A DNA stretch of 64,000 nt from Candidatus Aldehydirespiratoraceae bacterium (GTDB lineage: Bacteria > Actinomycetota > Acidimicrobiia > Acidimicrobiales > Aldehydirespiratoraceae). Positions 9,902 to 19,650 of this stretch are shown here, piece after piece. The stretch spans positions 656,107-720,106 of the forward strand of contig CBDBEW010000014.1 of assembly GCA_965204595.1 (NCBI GenBank). Direction: 5' to 3'. The translations under genes and the position numbers were made by a program. Numbering within the stretch: position 1 is the first letter of the stretch; every line of letters starts with the position of its first letter. The notes under the pieces were generated by a model. That model was not told where the DNA came from, made no database searches, and saw only the letters and a program-made list of their open reading frames with translations.

Positions 9902-10839
9902 GGTTTTCGTGCGAGCACCATCGTTGAGACCTTAGAAGTTTGCAGCGATACTTTCTCGGTGACATATCCACACTTCTCCAACAAATAAGCCCAAGTGTTG
10001 GGGGTTAACCCGCACCCCACAAACAATTCTGCCTCAGGGCCGCTGCGACTACCCGGGTCGGTAACCGCAACCACTATCCGCCCACGAGGTGAAACGCATC
10101 GTGCCACTTCGTTGAGGAGCATCAACAACTCTGCGACTGGTTGATGTTGCACTCCCTCAGTAATGACCACAGCACCAAGAGAACCGTCATCAAACACCTT
10201 GAGGTGTTCCAGAGCTTGACCTACCCGTAGGTCAAGCCCGCGGTTCGCAGGACTAGCGAATAATGTGATGCTTTCATCAACCCCGTGTGCTGCTAGCCCT
10301 ACCCGTTCCAGAGCCTCTACGATCTCGCCATTTCCACACGACAATACCATCACGTGCCCCTCAACATCAATCAGTTGCTGCGTGACGGCCTTAATCAGTT
10401 CGGCGTTGGCTTCTTTGGCATCCATCACAAAATCACCTAAAGCAAATTGCTTTTGGGTTTGTGCTTCTAGTCTTGATAATCGTTGATCCAAATCACTGAA
10501 CAATCGACTCTGCAATTGGTGTAATGCGTTTAGTTGGTTGACTACAAAATGTATATACCAACGGGTCAACTTGCGGATCAATCTCTTCAGGTGGCTCCTG
10601 CCAAACCTCGCACCTGTAGGGGCATTCGCATCGATCACAGCTAGCTGTTTGACTCGGTCAGATAACTTTGTTTGTCCTGATCCCCCGACCGCAGGTACTA
10701 GGTTCGCCCACACTCTTTCCATTTCTCGTTCGTGTAACACCAATTCGGGATCGTTTTGTCGGCGTTGCGCCGCTTCAGTTTCAATCTCTGCTTGCACACG
10801 TTTTATGTATGCGACATCGTTGTTTGTCTCTTCGGACAC
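9898..10839 (-). CDS. Class I SAM-dependent methyltransferase with an N-terminal coiled-coil region.
   Basis: VMVLSCGNGEIVEAL resembles motif I (GxGxG-like). It sits in an operon with two GT genes, linked by 4-nt overlaps. Confidence 0.55.
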   Translation of the reverse strand: MSEETNNDVAYIKRVQAEIETEAAQRRQNDPELVLHEREMERVWANLVPAVGGSGQTKLSDRVKQLAVIDANAPTGARFGRSHLKRLIRKLTRWYIHFVVNQLNALHQLQSRLFSDLDQRLSRLEAQTQKQFALGDFVMDAKEANAELIKAVTQQLIDVEGHVMVLSCGNGEIVEALERVGLAAHGVDESITLFASPANRGLDLRVGQALEHLKVFDDGSLGAVVITEGVQHQPVAELLMLLNEVARCVSPRGRIVVAVTDPGSRSGPEAELFVGCGLTPNTWAYLLEKCGYVTEKVSLQTSKVSTMVLARKP

Positions 10840-10873
10840 GCTTTGATTCTATACGCTATCGTCTTGGCTAAGA

Positions 10874-12343
10874 ATGAGTTCGCTACACATCGTTACAGAG
10901 TCTTCAGACACACCCTGCCGTAACCGTGGCCACGACGGTGCGATGATTTATCTTGACAAACATTCCCAGGTCACCCAGATATGCGAAAGCGCAATCAATA
11001 CGGCTCTCTCGAATCGGCAAGATGCCTGCGCGGTCTATGGCGACATAGAAATTTCTGGAACAGTTCACAGGCGGCCTGCGTGGTCGCCAACGAGATTGCT
11101 TAGCGAACCCGCTACTTGTCTCCCAATCGCAGTGCGTTGCACGACTCTCGCCGAGATTGATTGCACCATAAGTGATCCCAGTCTCGTGTTCCGCCTTGTT
11201 GAGAGTCGAGCAAAGGTTCTTCACTTACCTGCGGTTTTGAGTAGGCATTCACAGCCACCACAAGGTGGCGGTGCTCGCGAGATCAACAGCCACCTAGACA
11301 CGATAGGTCTCCCTGCTACCTCTGTTGAAGACAGCACAAGAGGTGGCTTTCTCCTGATACCGAAACGGTCACACCAACCGCCGTTGTCTGTAGTAGTCCC
11401 CACCGCTGGCACGACTTTAGACGGTACTCCCGATGCCGATTTCGTGGTAAACCAGTGCTTGAAGCGCATCGCTTTAGCTCGCACCAAAAACATCGAGGTA
11501 ATACTGGTAGTGGGAGATGAGTTCCACGGTGACCCAAGCACTATAAACACCTTTGGTATTGCGGTCAAAATACTTGAAAGGCCGCCCGGCCCTTTTAACT
11601 TTTCTCTAGCTTGCAACCAAGGCATCCTCGCTGCACAAAACGAACTCGTTTTACTACTCAACGACGATGTGGAGATCGATGCCGATGCCATTGATGCTAT
11701 GGCAGTTCACTTTGGCGATCCTTCAGTGGGTGTGGTTGGTGCGATGTTGCGCTACCCCGATGGGACTATTCAGCATGCTGGAATCATTTTGGACAACGGC
11801 CACCCACTGCATCCATTTTTGGGTTGGCAACCTGAGAAATCAAAACCGTACGGCGGAAATGTGGCTCGCGACGTGATTGCAGTGACTGGCGCATGTGTGA
11901 TGTCACGCAGAAGGTTACTGTTGTCGCTAGGTGGACTATCCACAGTGTTCCCGCTTTCATACAGTGACATAGACCTGTGCTTGAGAATTAGACGCAGTGG
12001 CTACCGCGTAATCATTGAGGCTGGGGCGACAGCAATGCACCACGAATCTTTAAGCCGAACCCCTCGCATTTACGATTGGGAATGGGAACGCTGGATAGAG
12101 CGGTGGGGTGACATCGTTGACCCTTGGTATCATCCCGACTACCATCGTCCTGATCAAGCGCAACAACTTAACCTCAATGCGGATCATTTGGAGCCACTAG
12201 CACACCGTGACCGCTTTACTGCTCGCGACACCAAAATAACACCCGCCAGTTACTACGGCCGTCCCCTGCACGCTCCAGCAAAAGAGCCTGAGTCGCAACC
12301 GATGCACGACCGCAGAGAAAACCTTGTACAGCAGTCACTTTGA
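10874..12343 (+). CDS. Glycosyltransferase family 2 (GT-A) with an uncharacterised N-terminal ~170 aa.
   Basis: LSVVVPTAG ... FNFSLACNQG ... LLLNDDVEIDADAI (DxD) ... VTGACVMSRR, a typical GT2 core. Confidence 0.75.
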   Translation: MSSLHIVTESSDTPCRNRGHDGAMIYLDKHSQVTQICESAINTALSNRQDACAVYGDIEISGTVHRRPAWSPTRLLSEPATCLPIAVRCTTLAEIDCTISDPSLVFRLVESRAKVLHLPAVLSRHSQPPQGGGAREINSHLDTIGLPATSVEDSTRGGFLLIPKRSHQPPLSVVVPTAGTTLDGTPDADFVVNQCLKRIALARTKNIEVILVVGDEFHGDPSTINTFGIAVKILERPPGPFNFSLACNQGILAAQNELVLLLNDDVEIDADAIDAMAVHFGDPSVGVVGAMLRYPDGTIQHAGIILDNGHPLHPFLGWQPEKSKPYGGNVARDVIAVTGACVMSRRRLLLSLGGLSTVFPLSYSDIDLCLRIRRSGYRVIIEAGATAMHHESLSRTPRIYDWEWERWIERWGDIVDPWYHPDYHRPDQAQQLNLNADHLEPLAHRDRFTARDTKITPASYYGRPLHAPAKEPESQPMHDRRENLVQQSL

Positions 12344-12369
12344 TAGCGATATTGAACCACCAGCCAAAG

Positions 12370-12533
12370 ATGTCACGAACCAAAATGCAGCAGAGTTGTT
12401 TTGCTATCCTTTCCCACCTGAATTTTGGATGTACGTTTGTATACACTAGCGAAGATGTGTTTCGCAACGCCTACCCCACCCACAGTTGCACGATGTGTGA
12501 AGTTGCTTTCTGTGGATCTGAGACAGTTCACCC
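12370..12533 (+). pseudogene. Putative 5' fragment of the IclR-family regulator gene that the GC-rich island splits.
   Basis: An open frame (MSRTKMQQSCFAILSHL...MCEVAFCGSETVHP) runs into GTTCACCC at 12526-12533. The same 8-mer occurs in the same codon phase at 25265-25272, where the IclR body resumes (STALRTLQVLE...). Confidence 0.35.
12526..12533. repeat. Left copy of the 8-bp direct repeat GTTCACCC at the island junction.
   Basis: Read directly. The right copy is at 25265-25272, and the rise in GC begins just after this copy. Confidence 0.5.
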
Positions 12534-12554
12534 CCGATTCCCTATGGTTCTGAC

Positions 12555-12983
12555 GTGAGCGCGACCGGGCGGTGCGCGTGCGGTGAGGTGTGGTTCAGTA
12601 TCGACGGGCCGTTGCGGCCGGTGGTCAACTGTCACTGTTTCCGCTGCCGTCGGTGGACGGGCCATTTCATGGCCGCGACGCAGGCCGCGGTGGACGACAT
12701 CACAATTGACAGGGGTGCCGAGGCAGTGAGCTGGTGGGTTCCCGAGGAGGAACCCGACGTCGCCTACGGCTTCTGCTCTCAGTGCGGTGCCAGCCTATTC
12801 TGGCGCAGTAGTTCCAACCCCGGCAGCTACTCGATCGCCGCCGGCACTCTCGACCAGCCGACGGCTCTCACCACCGTGCATGCTCTGTTCGTGGCCGAGG
12901 CCAGCGACTACCACCGCCTCGACGACAGACTCTCCCACGACCGCTACGATTCACCCGCCAGCGGTGCCGTCGTAACCGCATAA
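12555..12983 (+). CDS. GFA-family (glutathione-dependent formaldehyde-activating / CENP-V-like) zinc protein.
   Basis: Cys pattern CACGEV...NCHCFRCRRWTGH...FCSQCGASLFW. It has a GTG start and GC-rich codon usage like the rest of the island. Confidence 0.8.
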   Translation: MSATGRCACGEVWFSIDGPLRPVVNCHCFRCRRWTGHFMAATQAAVDDITIDRGAEAVSWWVPEEEPDVAYGFCSQCGASLFWRSSSNPGSYSIAAGTLDQPTALTTVHALFVAEASDYHRLDDRLSHDRYDSPASGAVVTA

Positions 12984-13000
12984 GACGGGGGATTACGGTT

Positions 13001-15942
13001 ATGCCTGACACAGAGTTCACCCCCCCCCCCCCCCCGCTGGACCACATCAGTCGGCCAGTACTGAATCGACCCCATGAGGAGCCGACGCGTCATTGGCAGT
13101 TAGCCGAGGACAACACCTCTACAGGTGAGGTGATCGAAGGAAGGCGACTGAGCCAAGCGCTTGTGGTCGTGCCGAAGGAGCGCGGTTCTCAGCAGCGGTT
13201 GGACGTTACCGAGGCGGAGCAGAACGATCTGGTCAACCGCATCCGCGACGCCGTTGCAGGATGGAGACAAGCCAATTATCCAGGCGCGACCGCGGCAACG
13301 AGGCAATTGTTGCAGCACTGGCGCAGCGAGACCAACGAACCCCGATTGTTCTTCGCCCAGGTTGAGGCAGCGGAGACGCTCATCTGGCTGACCGAGGCCA
13401 ACGCCGGCCATTATCCGGTGCTCAGAGAGGCTCGACGGGAACTAGAAGAAGCCAACCGGGACTACAACACCGGCATCGGCCGTCTGGCGGTGAGGATGGC
13501 CACCGGGTCGGGGAAGACGGCGGTTATGGGCATGGTGATCGCCTGGCACGCCGTGAACGCGGCCGTTTCGCAGCGCCGCGACGACCGCTACACCACCTGC
13601 TTCTTAGCCATCGCACCGGGGCACACCGTCCGGGAGCGGTTGGCGGTGCTGCATCCAGCGCATCCTGAGAACGTCTATAACGAGATGCGGCTTCTGCCGG
13701 AGAGCAAACGAGGCACGTTGGGAGCGGTCAAGGTCCAAGTGCTGAACTTCCAGGCGTTCCAGCGCCGTGACCGGCTGCAGGCTGCATCCAGCGACGCCAA
13801 GAAGCTGCTCCGATCCGGACGTAAGACGGCCGAGCTTGAATCAATGTCGGCGGTGCTCGATCGAGCACTGCGCGGCTTCCCCACAGGCCGGGATGCTCCA
13901 AAGGTGTGCGTGCTCAACGACGAGGCCCACCACTGCTACCTGCCCGAGGCTGGCCGGCGCACGTCGGAGGATGACGATTCCAAAGCGGCGGCTGTCTGGT
14001 TCGGGGCACTGGAGGGTTTGCGCGACACGGATCGACTCGGGCCGGTCTACGACTTCTCAGCGACCCCCATCTTCATCGAGGGGACAGAACGCAGGGAGCG
14101 CATGTTCCCGTGGGTTGTCTCGGATTTCCCACTGATGGACAGCATCGAGTCTGGGCTGGTCAAGATTCCGCAGGTGCCCGTGGACGACGACTCCGCTAGC
14201 GAGGAGGTTCGGTGGCGCAACCTCTATGCAAACACCACACCGAAGACGGTCAGACGGGATGACGTACCGCCGGAGTTGAAGCGGGCTCTCACAGCTCTGT
14301 ACCGAAGCTACGAGCAGAAGTTCAACCAGTGGATGCGCCCGGATGACCCGGATAAGAAGATGCCCACGCCTCCGGTGTTCATCGTGGTGGCCAACAACAT
14401 CGCCAACGCCACCGCCATCGCGGACCACATCTCCGGGTGGTCCGAGGATCGCTCCGACGGTTCGGTGGTCTACCACGAGGGCGCCTGTCCCCTGTTCACC
14501 AACTATCGCTCTGACGGCCCTACCGAGCGGGTCCACACCCTGCTGGTGCATTCGCAGCTCGAGGGCGAGGCCAACCTGAGCAGAGCGATCAAGTCACAGG
14601 CCGACCGGCTGAGGCTCCCGGACGACAGCCGCGACGACCGCGACATAGTCCGTGGCGCGTTGAACTCAGTCGGCAAACCTGGAGGACTCGGTGAGCACAT
14701 CCGCTGTGTGGTGTCGGTGCAGATGCTCACCGAGGGTTGGGATACCCGCACCGTCACCCACATTCTCGGCTACCGAGCCTTCTCCACTCAGTTGCTCTGT
14801 GAGCAGGTGACCGGACGAGCGCTCCGCCGCTCGAACTACGACAACTACGACGAGGAAGGCTTGCTCGTCGCTGAGTACGCCGAGGTGATCGGCGTGCCGT
14901 TCGCCTTCATGCCGGTGAAACGCCCCAGAGACAACCCCGAACCGCCGAAGCCTCGCTACGAGGTTCACAGCGTGCCCGGGCGCCGTGACCACGGCATCGA
15001 GTTCCCGAATGTTGAGCGTTATCTGACCGAGCCTGGAGCTGACGGGTTCCGCTTGGACCGGGAGCGTGTCAATAGATGGGTACCCAAGGGAGTCGGAGAG
15101 ACGGTGCTTGAGGGTTCGGTCGGAGGCACCAAGATCATCAGCGCAGAAACGAGGATGCGTGAGCAGCAGATGCTCACTCGCTTGGCCGCAGGTCTTGTAC
15201 GGCGCTGGGGCCAACGCATGGACGACAACGGCGAGGGCTGGCGAGCTCGAAGGCGGCTGTTGTTCTACGACGCCATCAGAATCGTGAAGGCTTGGTCGAT
15301 TGAGGCCGGGGTCACCGAAGTCCACTACGACAAGCTCGGATCGAGCAACCATGGATCAGGCGATCAAGGAGATAGATGACGCCTGCGAGACCACAGGCGG
15401 TTCTGTGGACAAACTCGTCGCCGCATTCGGGCATCCGATGCTGCTGAACACTTCGGGCATCAAGTTCGAGACCAGCCTGTCCGACCGCCACTCTGCCGAC
15501 GAAGTCGGAACTGAACATCGCTGCTTGCCACTCACAGTTAGAAGCGGACTGCGCCCGAGTGCTCGACAAGAATCCCGATGTCATCAGCTGGGCACGCAAC
15601 TTTCGACTCGGCTGGAGCGTGCCCTACCTCTGGGATGGTTCCTGGCACAGATACGAACCCGATTTCGTGGCTCGCTTGTTTGGAGACCGCGAGGACGAAG
15701 AAGCCGTTCATCTCATCATCGAGTGCAAAGGCGTGCCCGACGACCAGAGCGAGCGCAAGAAGCAATCCATCACGAAACGTTGGATTCCGGCGGTTCAGTC
15801 GTCGGCGCAGTTGCCGAAGTGGCTGCGCCAATGGTCTTTCGTGGAACTGGACCGCCCTGACGGCGTGGCCATTGACCTGAAGGTCGCTATCAGCGCGGCC
15901 CGAACCGAGCATCCAAAGTCCACCGAGCAAGGAGCGGCGTGA
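13001..15942 (+). pseudogene. res: Type III-like restriction subunit (Res: SF2 helicase plus C-terminal PD-(D/E)xK nuclease), interrupted by two frameshifts.
   Basis: Helicase motifs MATGSGKT and VLNDEAHHCY lie in the frame of 13001..15379. Homology-like sequence continues in a second frame (MDQAIKEIDDA...GIKFETS, about 15351-15480). It then moves to a third frame (PTKSELNIAACHSQLEADCARVLDKNPDVISWARN...YEPDFVARL...HLIIECKG), which ends at 15942. Confidence 0.8.
13020..13035 (+). repeat. Homopolymeric C16 tract inside codons 7-12 of res.
   Basis: Counted directly: c at 13020, then 13021-13035. It encodes the PPPPP run in MPDTEFTPPPPPLDH. Confidence 0.95.
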
Positions 15943-18497
15943 TGGCCAAACGAGCCAGCACCAAATCCACAGATCAGTACACACACCCGTCAGCGAAGCG
16001 GGTCAACCTGCCCACCGAGCAGACCAGCAAGACCATGAGTGACACCGACCGTCGCCCGATCATGCATGAGCCCCAGACAAGGGAGATCGACGACGAGCCC
16101 ATCCTCGCTTGGAACCGCCAACCCGCAAACCAGGACGGGCACGCCGCCCATCCGCTCTACGTACGGGAGAAGGTCCATCCCGCGGCGTTCGTCAAGCTGC
16201 TCCAGGGGGGTGGCGACCAACCACAACTGTTCTCGGACTTCAACGGGCTGCCCTCCCCCGACGCCGCCTACGAGTGGTACCAACACTCGGCCAATTGGTC
16301 CAACCGGCTCATACACGGTGAGAGCACCCGAGTCATGGCTTCGCTACTCGCTCGGGAGAACATGGCTGGCAAGGTCCAGATGATCTACTTCGACCCGCCG
16401 TACGGAGTCGGCTACAAGTCCAATTTCCAGGTGTCGGTCAACAATCGGGAAGTGCCTGAAGGAGCCAAAGGGCGACCCCACGACACGCGTACTATCCGGG
16501 CTTTCCGCGACACCTACGAACGCAACATCCACTCCTACCTTGACCTCACCCGCGAGAAACTAATCTTGATGCGTGAGTTGCTCGCCGACAGTGGTTCGCT
16601 GTTCATGCAGATCGGCGACGAGAACTTCCATCGCGCCGCGGTTTTGCTCGACGAGGTGTTCGGCGCTGAGAACCGCGTAGCAACGATTCCATTCGCCACA
16701 ACAAGCGGCTCATCCTCTCGTACCTTGCCCAGCGTCGCCGACTTCCTGTTGTGGTACGCGAAGGACAAAACTCATGTCAAGTATCACCAGCTGTACGAGT
16801 CACTTACGAGACCAGAGAAAGTCAAATACATGACTTGGCATGCGATGGTGGAGCTACGAGACGGAACTACCACTCGTGCTCTAACATCTGAGGAGCGTGA
16901 GGACCCAGACAAACACCTACCCGCGGGAGCTCGTCTCTATAGGCGCAGGGCACTTGATTCGCAGGGGCATCAAGAAGGCCGGTCCGATCCGTACCACTGG
17001 GACGGGCATGACTGGCCCTGCGCAGCCGGTCGCCACTGGAGCGTTTCTCACGAGGGCATGGATCGCCTTGCTGCGCTCGGTCGCCTAGACGGTGTTTCGA
17101 CATTAACTTGGAAGAGCTACGAGGATGAGATTCCGGGTCGTCGCATAAACAACATGTGGCACCAGCAGGCATATGCATCGGACAAACGCTACGTTGTGCA
17201 GACCGCCGAAAGTGTGATCGCACGATGCGTGCTGATGGCAACCGACCCAGGTGACCTCGTACTCGACCCTACCTGCGGCGGAGCCACCACGGCCGTCGCC
17301 GCCGAGAAGTGGGGACGACGATGGATAACCTGCGATACCTCCCCGGTCGCTGTCTCAATCGCTCGCCAACGACTCTCTACGGCGACCTTCCCCTACTGGA
17401 CCCTGGCCGATTCAGCAGACGGTGCGCTCCAGGAAGCAGAACTGTCAGGCAAACCGGAGGGTTCCCCACCTGAGGGAGGGTGGGGTAATGACCCAGCCGA
17501 GGGATTCGTTTACGAGCGCGTTCCCCAGGTCTCCGCCAGCGTCTTGGCCTACGACCTAGATCCCGACCCCATCATGTTGGTTGACCGGCCGCACAAGAAA
17601 CGAGGCGTGACCCGCGTAACGTCGCCGATGACCGTCGAGAGCGAACAGCCTTGGGCGACAGTCATCCCGCTCGAAGGCACCGACGACGAGTTGGTGGTCG
17701 CGCACGGCGATTTCTCCGAAGCGGTGGAGGCCGCGTTGCTGAACCACACGATCAAAGGTGGCCGCGACAACGCCGACATGACCATCCGCGCCTTGGAGCC
17801 GTGGCCCAGCAGTTCCCAACTGCTCGCTTGGAAGGCCACCTACACCATCAAAGCCGGCGCAGCTGAGCACGCCGCCGCCGTCATGGTCGCCGCCGAGGAT
17901 GTGACCGTGCCCGGCGAGATGGTTCGCGAAGCGGCCCGAGAGATCACCGACAGCGCGGAACGAGCCGACGTGTTGCTTGTGGTCGCGTACGCCTATGCCG
18001 CTGATGCACCAGCGGATGTAGGACGCATCAAGGTGGCTAGAGCACAAATGAACCGCGACCTGATGATTCGTGAACTGTCCACCGAGAAAGACCACGAGGC
18101 GTTCGTCATCATCGGCGAACCAGACATCCGCGTCCTCGACGACTGTCCCGGCGGCCAGATAGCCGTGGAGATCTGCGGTTACGACACCTTCGACCCGGCC
18201 ACGGGCAACGCGTCGGACGGAGGCCCCGACGACGTCGCCTGCTGGATGCTCGACACCGACCACGACGGAGAGAGCTTCTACGCCCGACGAATCCACTTCC
18301 CCGGAGCCGACAACGACCGCCAGATCAAGAAGCTCCTAAGGGAGCTGGGCAAGAACGCCGACGACGTGGAACAAGAAGCCCTCACCGCCATGCGCTCCGC
18401 CCCCTTCGACCCACCCGAACGAGGCCGAATCGCCGTAAAAATCGTCACCGCCACCGGCATGGAAATGACCACCACCCGCGAAACCCCAAAGGCGTGA
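15939..18497 (+). CDS. mod: Beta-class N6-adenine/N4-cytosine DNA methyltransferase (type III Mod-like); apparently intact.
   Basis: MIYFDPPYGVGY (motif IV) precedes VLDPTCGGATTAVAAEKWGRRWITCD (motif I). The ATG at 15942 overlaps the res stop (TGATG). The C-terminal ~300 aa are unassigned. Confidence 0.85.
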   Translation: MMAKRASTKSTDQYTHPSAKRVNLPTEQTSKTMSDTDRRPIMHEPQTREIDDEPILAWNRQPANQDGHAAHPLYVREKVHPAAFVKLLQGGGDQPQLFSDFNGLPSPDAAYEWYQHSANWSNRLIHGESTRVMASLLARENMAGKVQMIYFDPPYGVGYKSNFQVSVNNREVPEGAKGRPHDTRTIRAFRDTYERNIHSYLDLTREKLILMRELLADSGSLFMQIGDENFHRAAVLLDEVFGAENRVATIPFATTSGSSSRTLPSVADFLLWYAKDKTHVKYHQLYESLTRPEKVKYMTWHAMVELRDGTTTRALTSEEREDPDKHLPAGARLYRRRALDSQGHQEGRSDPYHWDGHDWPCAAGRHWSVSHEGMDRLAALGRLDGVSTLTWKSYEDEIPGRRINNMWHQQAYASDKRYVVQTAESVIARCVLMATDPGDLVLDPTCGGATTAVAAEKWGRRWITCDTSPVAVSIARQRLSTATFPYWTLADSADGALQEAELSGKPEGSPPEGGWGNDPAEGFVYERVPQVSASVLAYDLDPDPIMLVDRPHKKRGVTRVTSPMTVESEQPWATVIPLEGTDDELVVAHGDFSEAVEAALLNHTIKGGRDNADMTIRALEPWPSSSQLLAWKATYTIKAGAAEHAAAVMVAAEDVTVPGEMVREAAREITDSAERADVLLVVAYAYAADAPADVGRIKVARAQMNRDLMIRELSTEKDHEAFVIIGEPDIRVLDDCPGGQIAVEICGYDTFDPATGNASDGGPDDVACWMLDTDHDGESFYARRIHFPGADNDRQIKKLLRELGKNADDVEQEALTAMRSAPFDPPERGRIAVKIVTATGMEMTTTRETPKA

Positions 18498-18499
18498 GC

Positions 18500-18651
18500 A
18501 TGCGACTCGCATGGCTCGACCTCCGCCATTCCGCCGCTTCGAGAGCGCCCGCGTGAATCTCGACGCCTCCGTCATCGCCCTCGTCGGCCCCAACGAAGCC
18601 GGAAAGTCAACACTCCTAGATGTCGGTTCGCGTGAGGTTGTTGGCGCGTGA
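18500..18651 (+). pseudogene. Stump of an AAA/ABC-type (SMC/OLD-like N-terminus) ATPase gene, frameshifted and truncated after the Walker A motif.
   Basis: ATG at 18500 gives MRLAWLDLRH, then there is a 1-nt gap (cat-tcc where cat-ttc is expected). The next frame reads FRRFESARVNLDASVIALVGPNEAGKSTLLD and stops at 18649-18651. Confidence 0.55.
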
Positions 18652-18810
18652 TGCGGTGGGCTGCCAGGTGGAGATACCGCTGTCGGGGGCGATAGTCGCT
18701 CAACTCGCCGGTGCCCGGAGCGAGTACGACCACGTTCCGCGACACAAACAGGCGTTCCGCGATCGCCATGGCCGGATCCTCAGTCTCAAGATCGAGCGCG
18801 ACGGCTGCGA

Positions 18811-19437
18811 CTACGGCAGAGCCGTGTAGTCGGTGTCGTCCCGTGCCCGCTCGAAGTGCGTGTAGTCCAGTCTGTGATTCCACAACCGAAGCCCGGGGCG
18901 TATGATCCGACGACGCGGCTGCTCTGGACTCCACCACATCGCTGTCTCGACTCGCTTGCCGCTGTCACGCGCGACCTCGATCGCCGGGACGAGATCGCTG
19001 TCCGCTGACACCACCACAGCCACGTCGTATGCATCGTCTCGGGCGTCGAGCGCTATGTCGAGGGCGATCATCACATCGATGCCCTTCTCCTCGGCTCGCC
19101 ATGAGACGACTTCACCAGAGGACCATGCGATAGGTTGGTAGCGAACCGGCCGGGTCTTGACTGTCACCAGGGGTTGCGCCTCCCAACTGGCGAACTGGTG
19201 GGCAGACCCAGCCTGAGCTCTTGGCCCGGTCTTGGGGCCAATCCGACCTCGGTACACCTTCACCGCAGTCAGTGCACGAGCAGGATCGACCCTCTCACCG
19301 AGCTCGACGAGCAGTGTGCCGAGGCGCAGTGGATCTACGTGTCCGAACGTATAGGGATCACGTTGCGGATCGCCGAAGACCTCGCGAGCCCCGAAGCGCA
19401 AATTCTCATAATCGATGAACACCGACACCCGCGTCAT
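18811..19437 (-). CDS. NYN-domain (LabA/DUF88-like, PIN-fold) predicted ribonuclease.
   Basis: RVSVFIDYENL ... EKGIDVMIALDIALDARDDAYDVAVVVSADSDLVPAIEVARDSGKRVE. I prefer ATG 19437, which is preceded by GGAGG with a 6-nt spacer, over the track start at 19533. Confidence 0.8.
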   Translation of the reverse strand: MTRVSVFIDYENLRFGAREVFGDPQRDPYTFGHVDPLRLGTLLVELGERVDPARALTAVKVYRGRIGPKTGPRAQAGSAHQFASWEAQPLVTVKTRPVRYQPIAWSSGEVVSWRAEEKGIDVMIALDIALDARDDAYDVAVVVSADSDLVPAIEVARDSGKRVETAMWWSPEQPRRRIIRPGLRLWNHRLDYTHFERARDDTDYTALP

Positions 19438-19650
19438 GGCCCGCCTCCAAAACGAATAGTCCCCGCCATTCCCGGCGAACCGGCAAGACGGGGAAGAATA
19501 GGAACAACCTAAAGCACCCCAAGAGTTCTGCACACTATTTTCTGCAATGTTCTGTCATCGCTCGACGCGGGCACTCTGGCCCGGCCGGATCCTCTCCCGG
19601 CCGACACCTGGGTGCCAGGCCCGCCCGCGGCGGTCAGCTGGCTGCCTCGA

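Noticed and set aside
18640-18810. Small ORFs between the ATPase stump and the NYN stop: plus-strand MSVRVRLLARD... (18620..18829) and minus-strand MAIAERLFVSRN...
   Set aside because: They have no motifs, overlap each other on opposite strands in GC-rich DNA, and lack convincing ribosome-binding sites. I treat the stretch as decayed remnant sequence.
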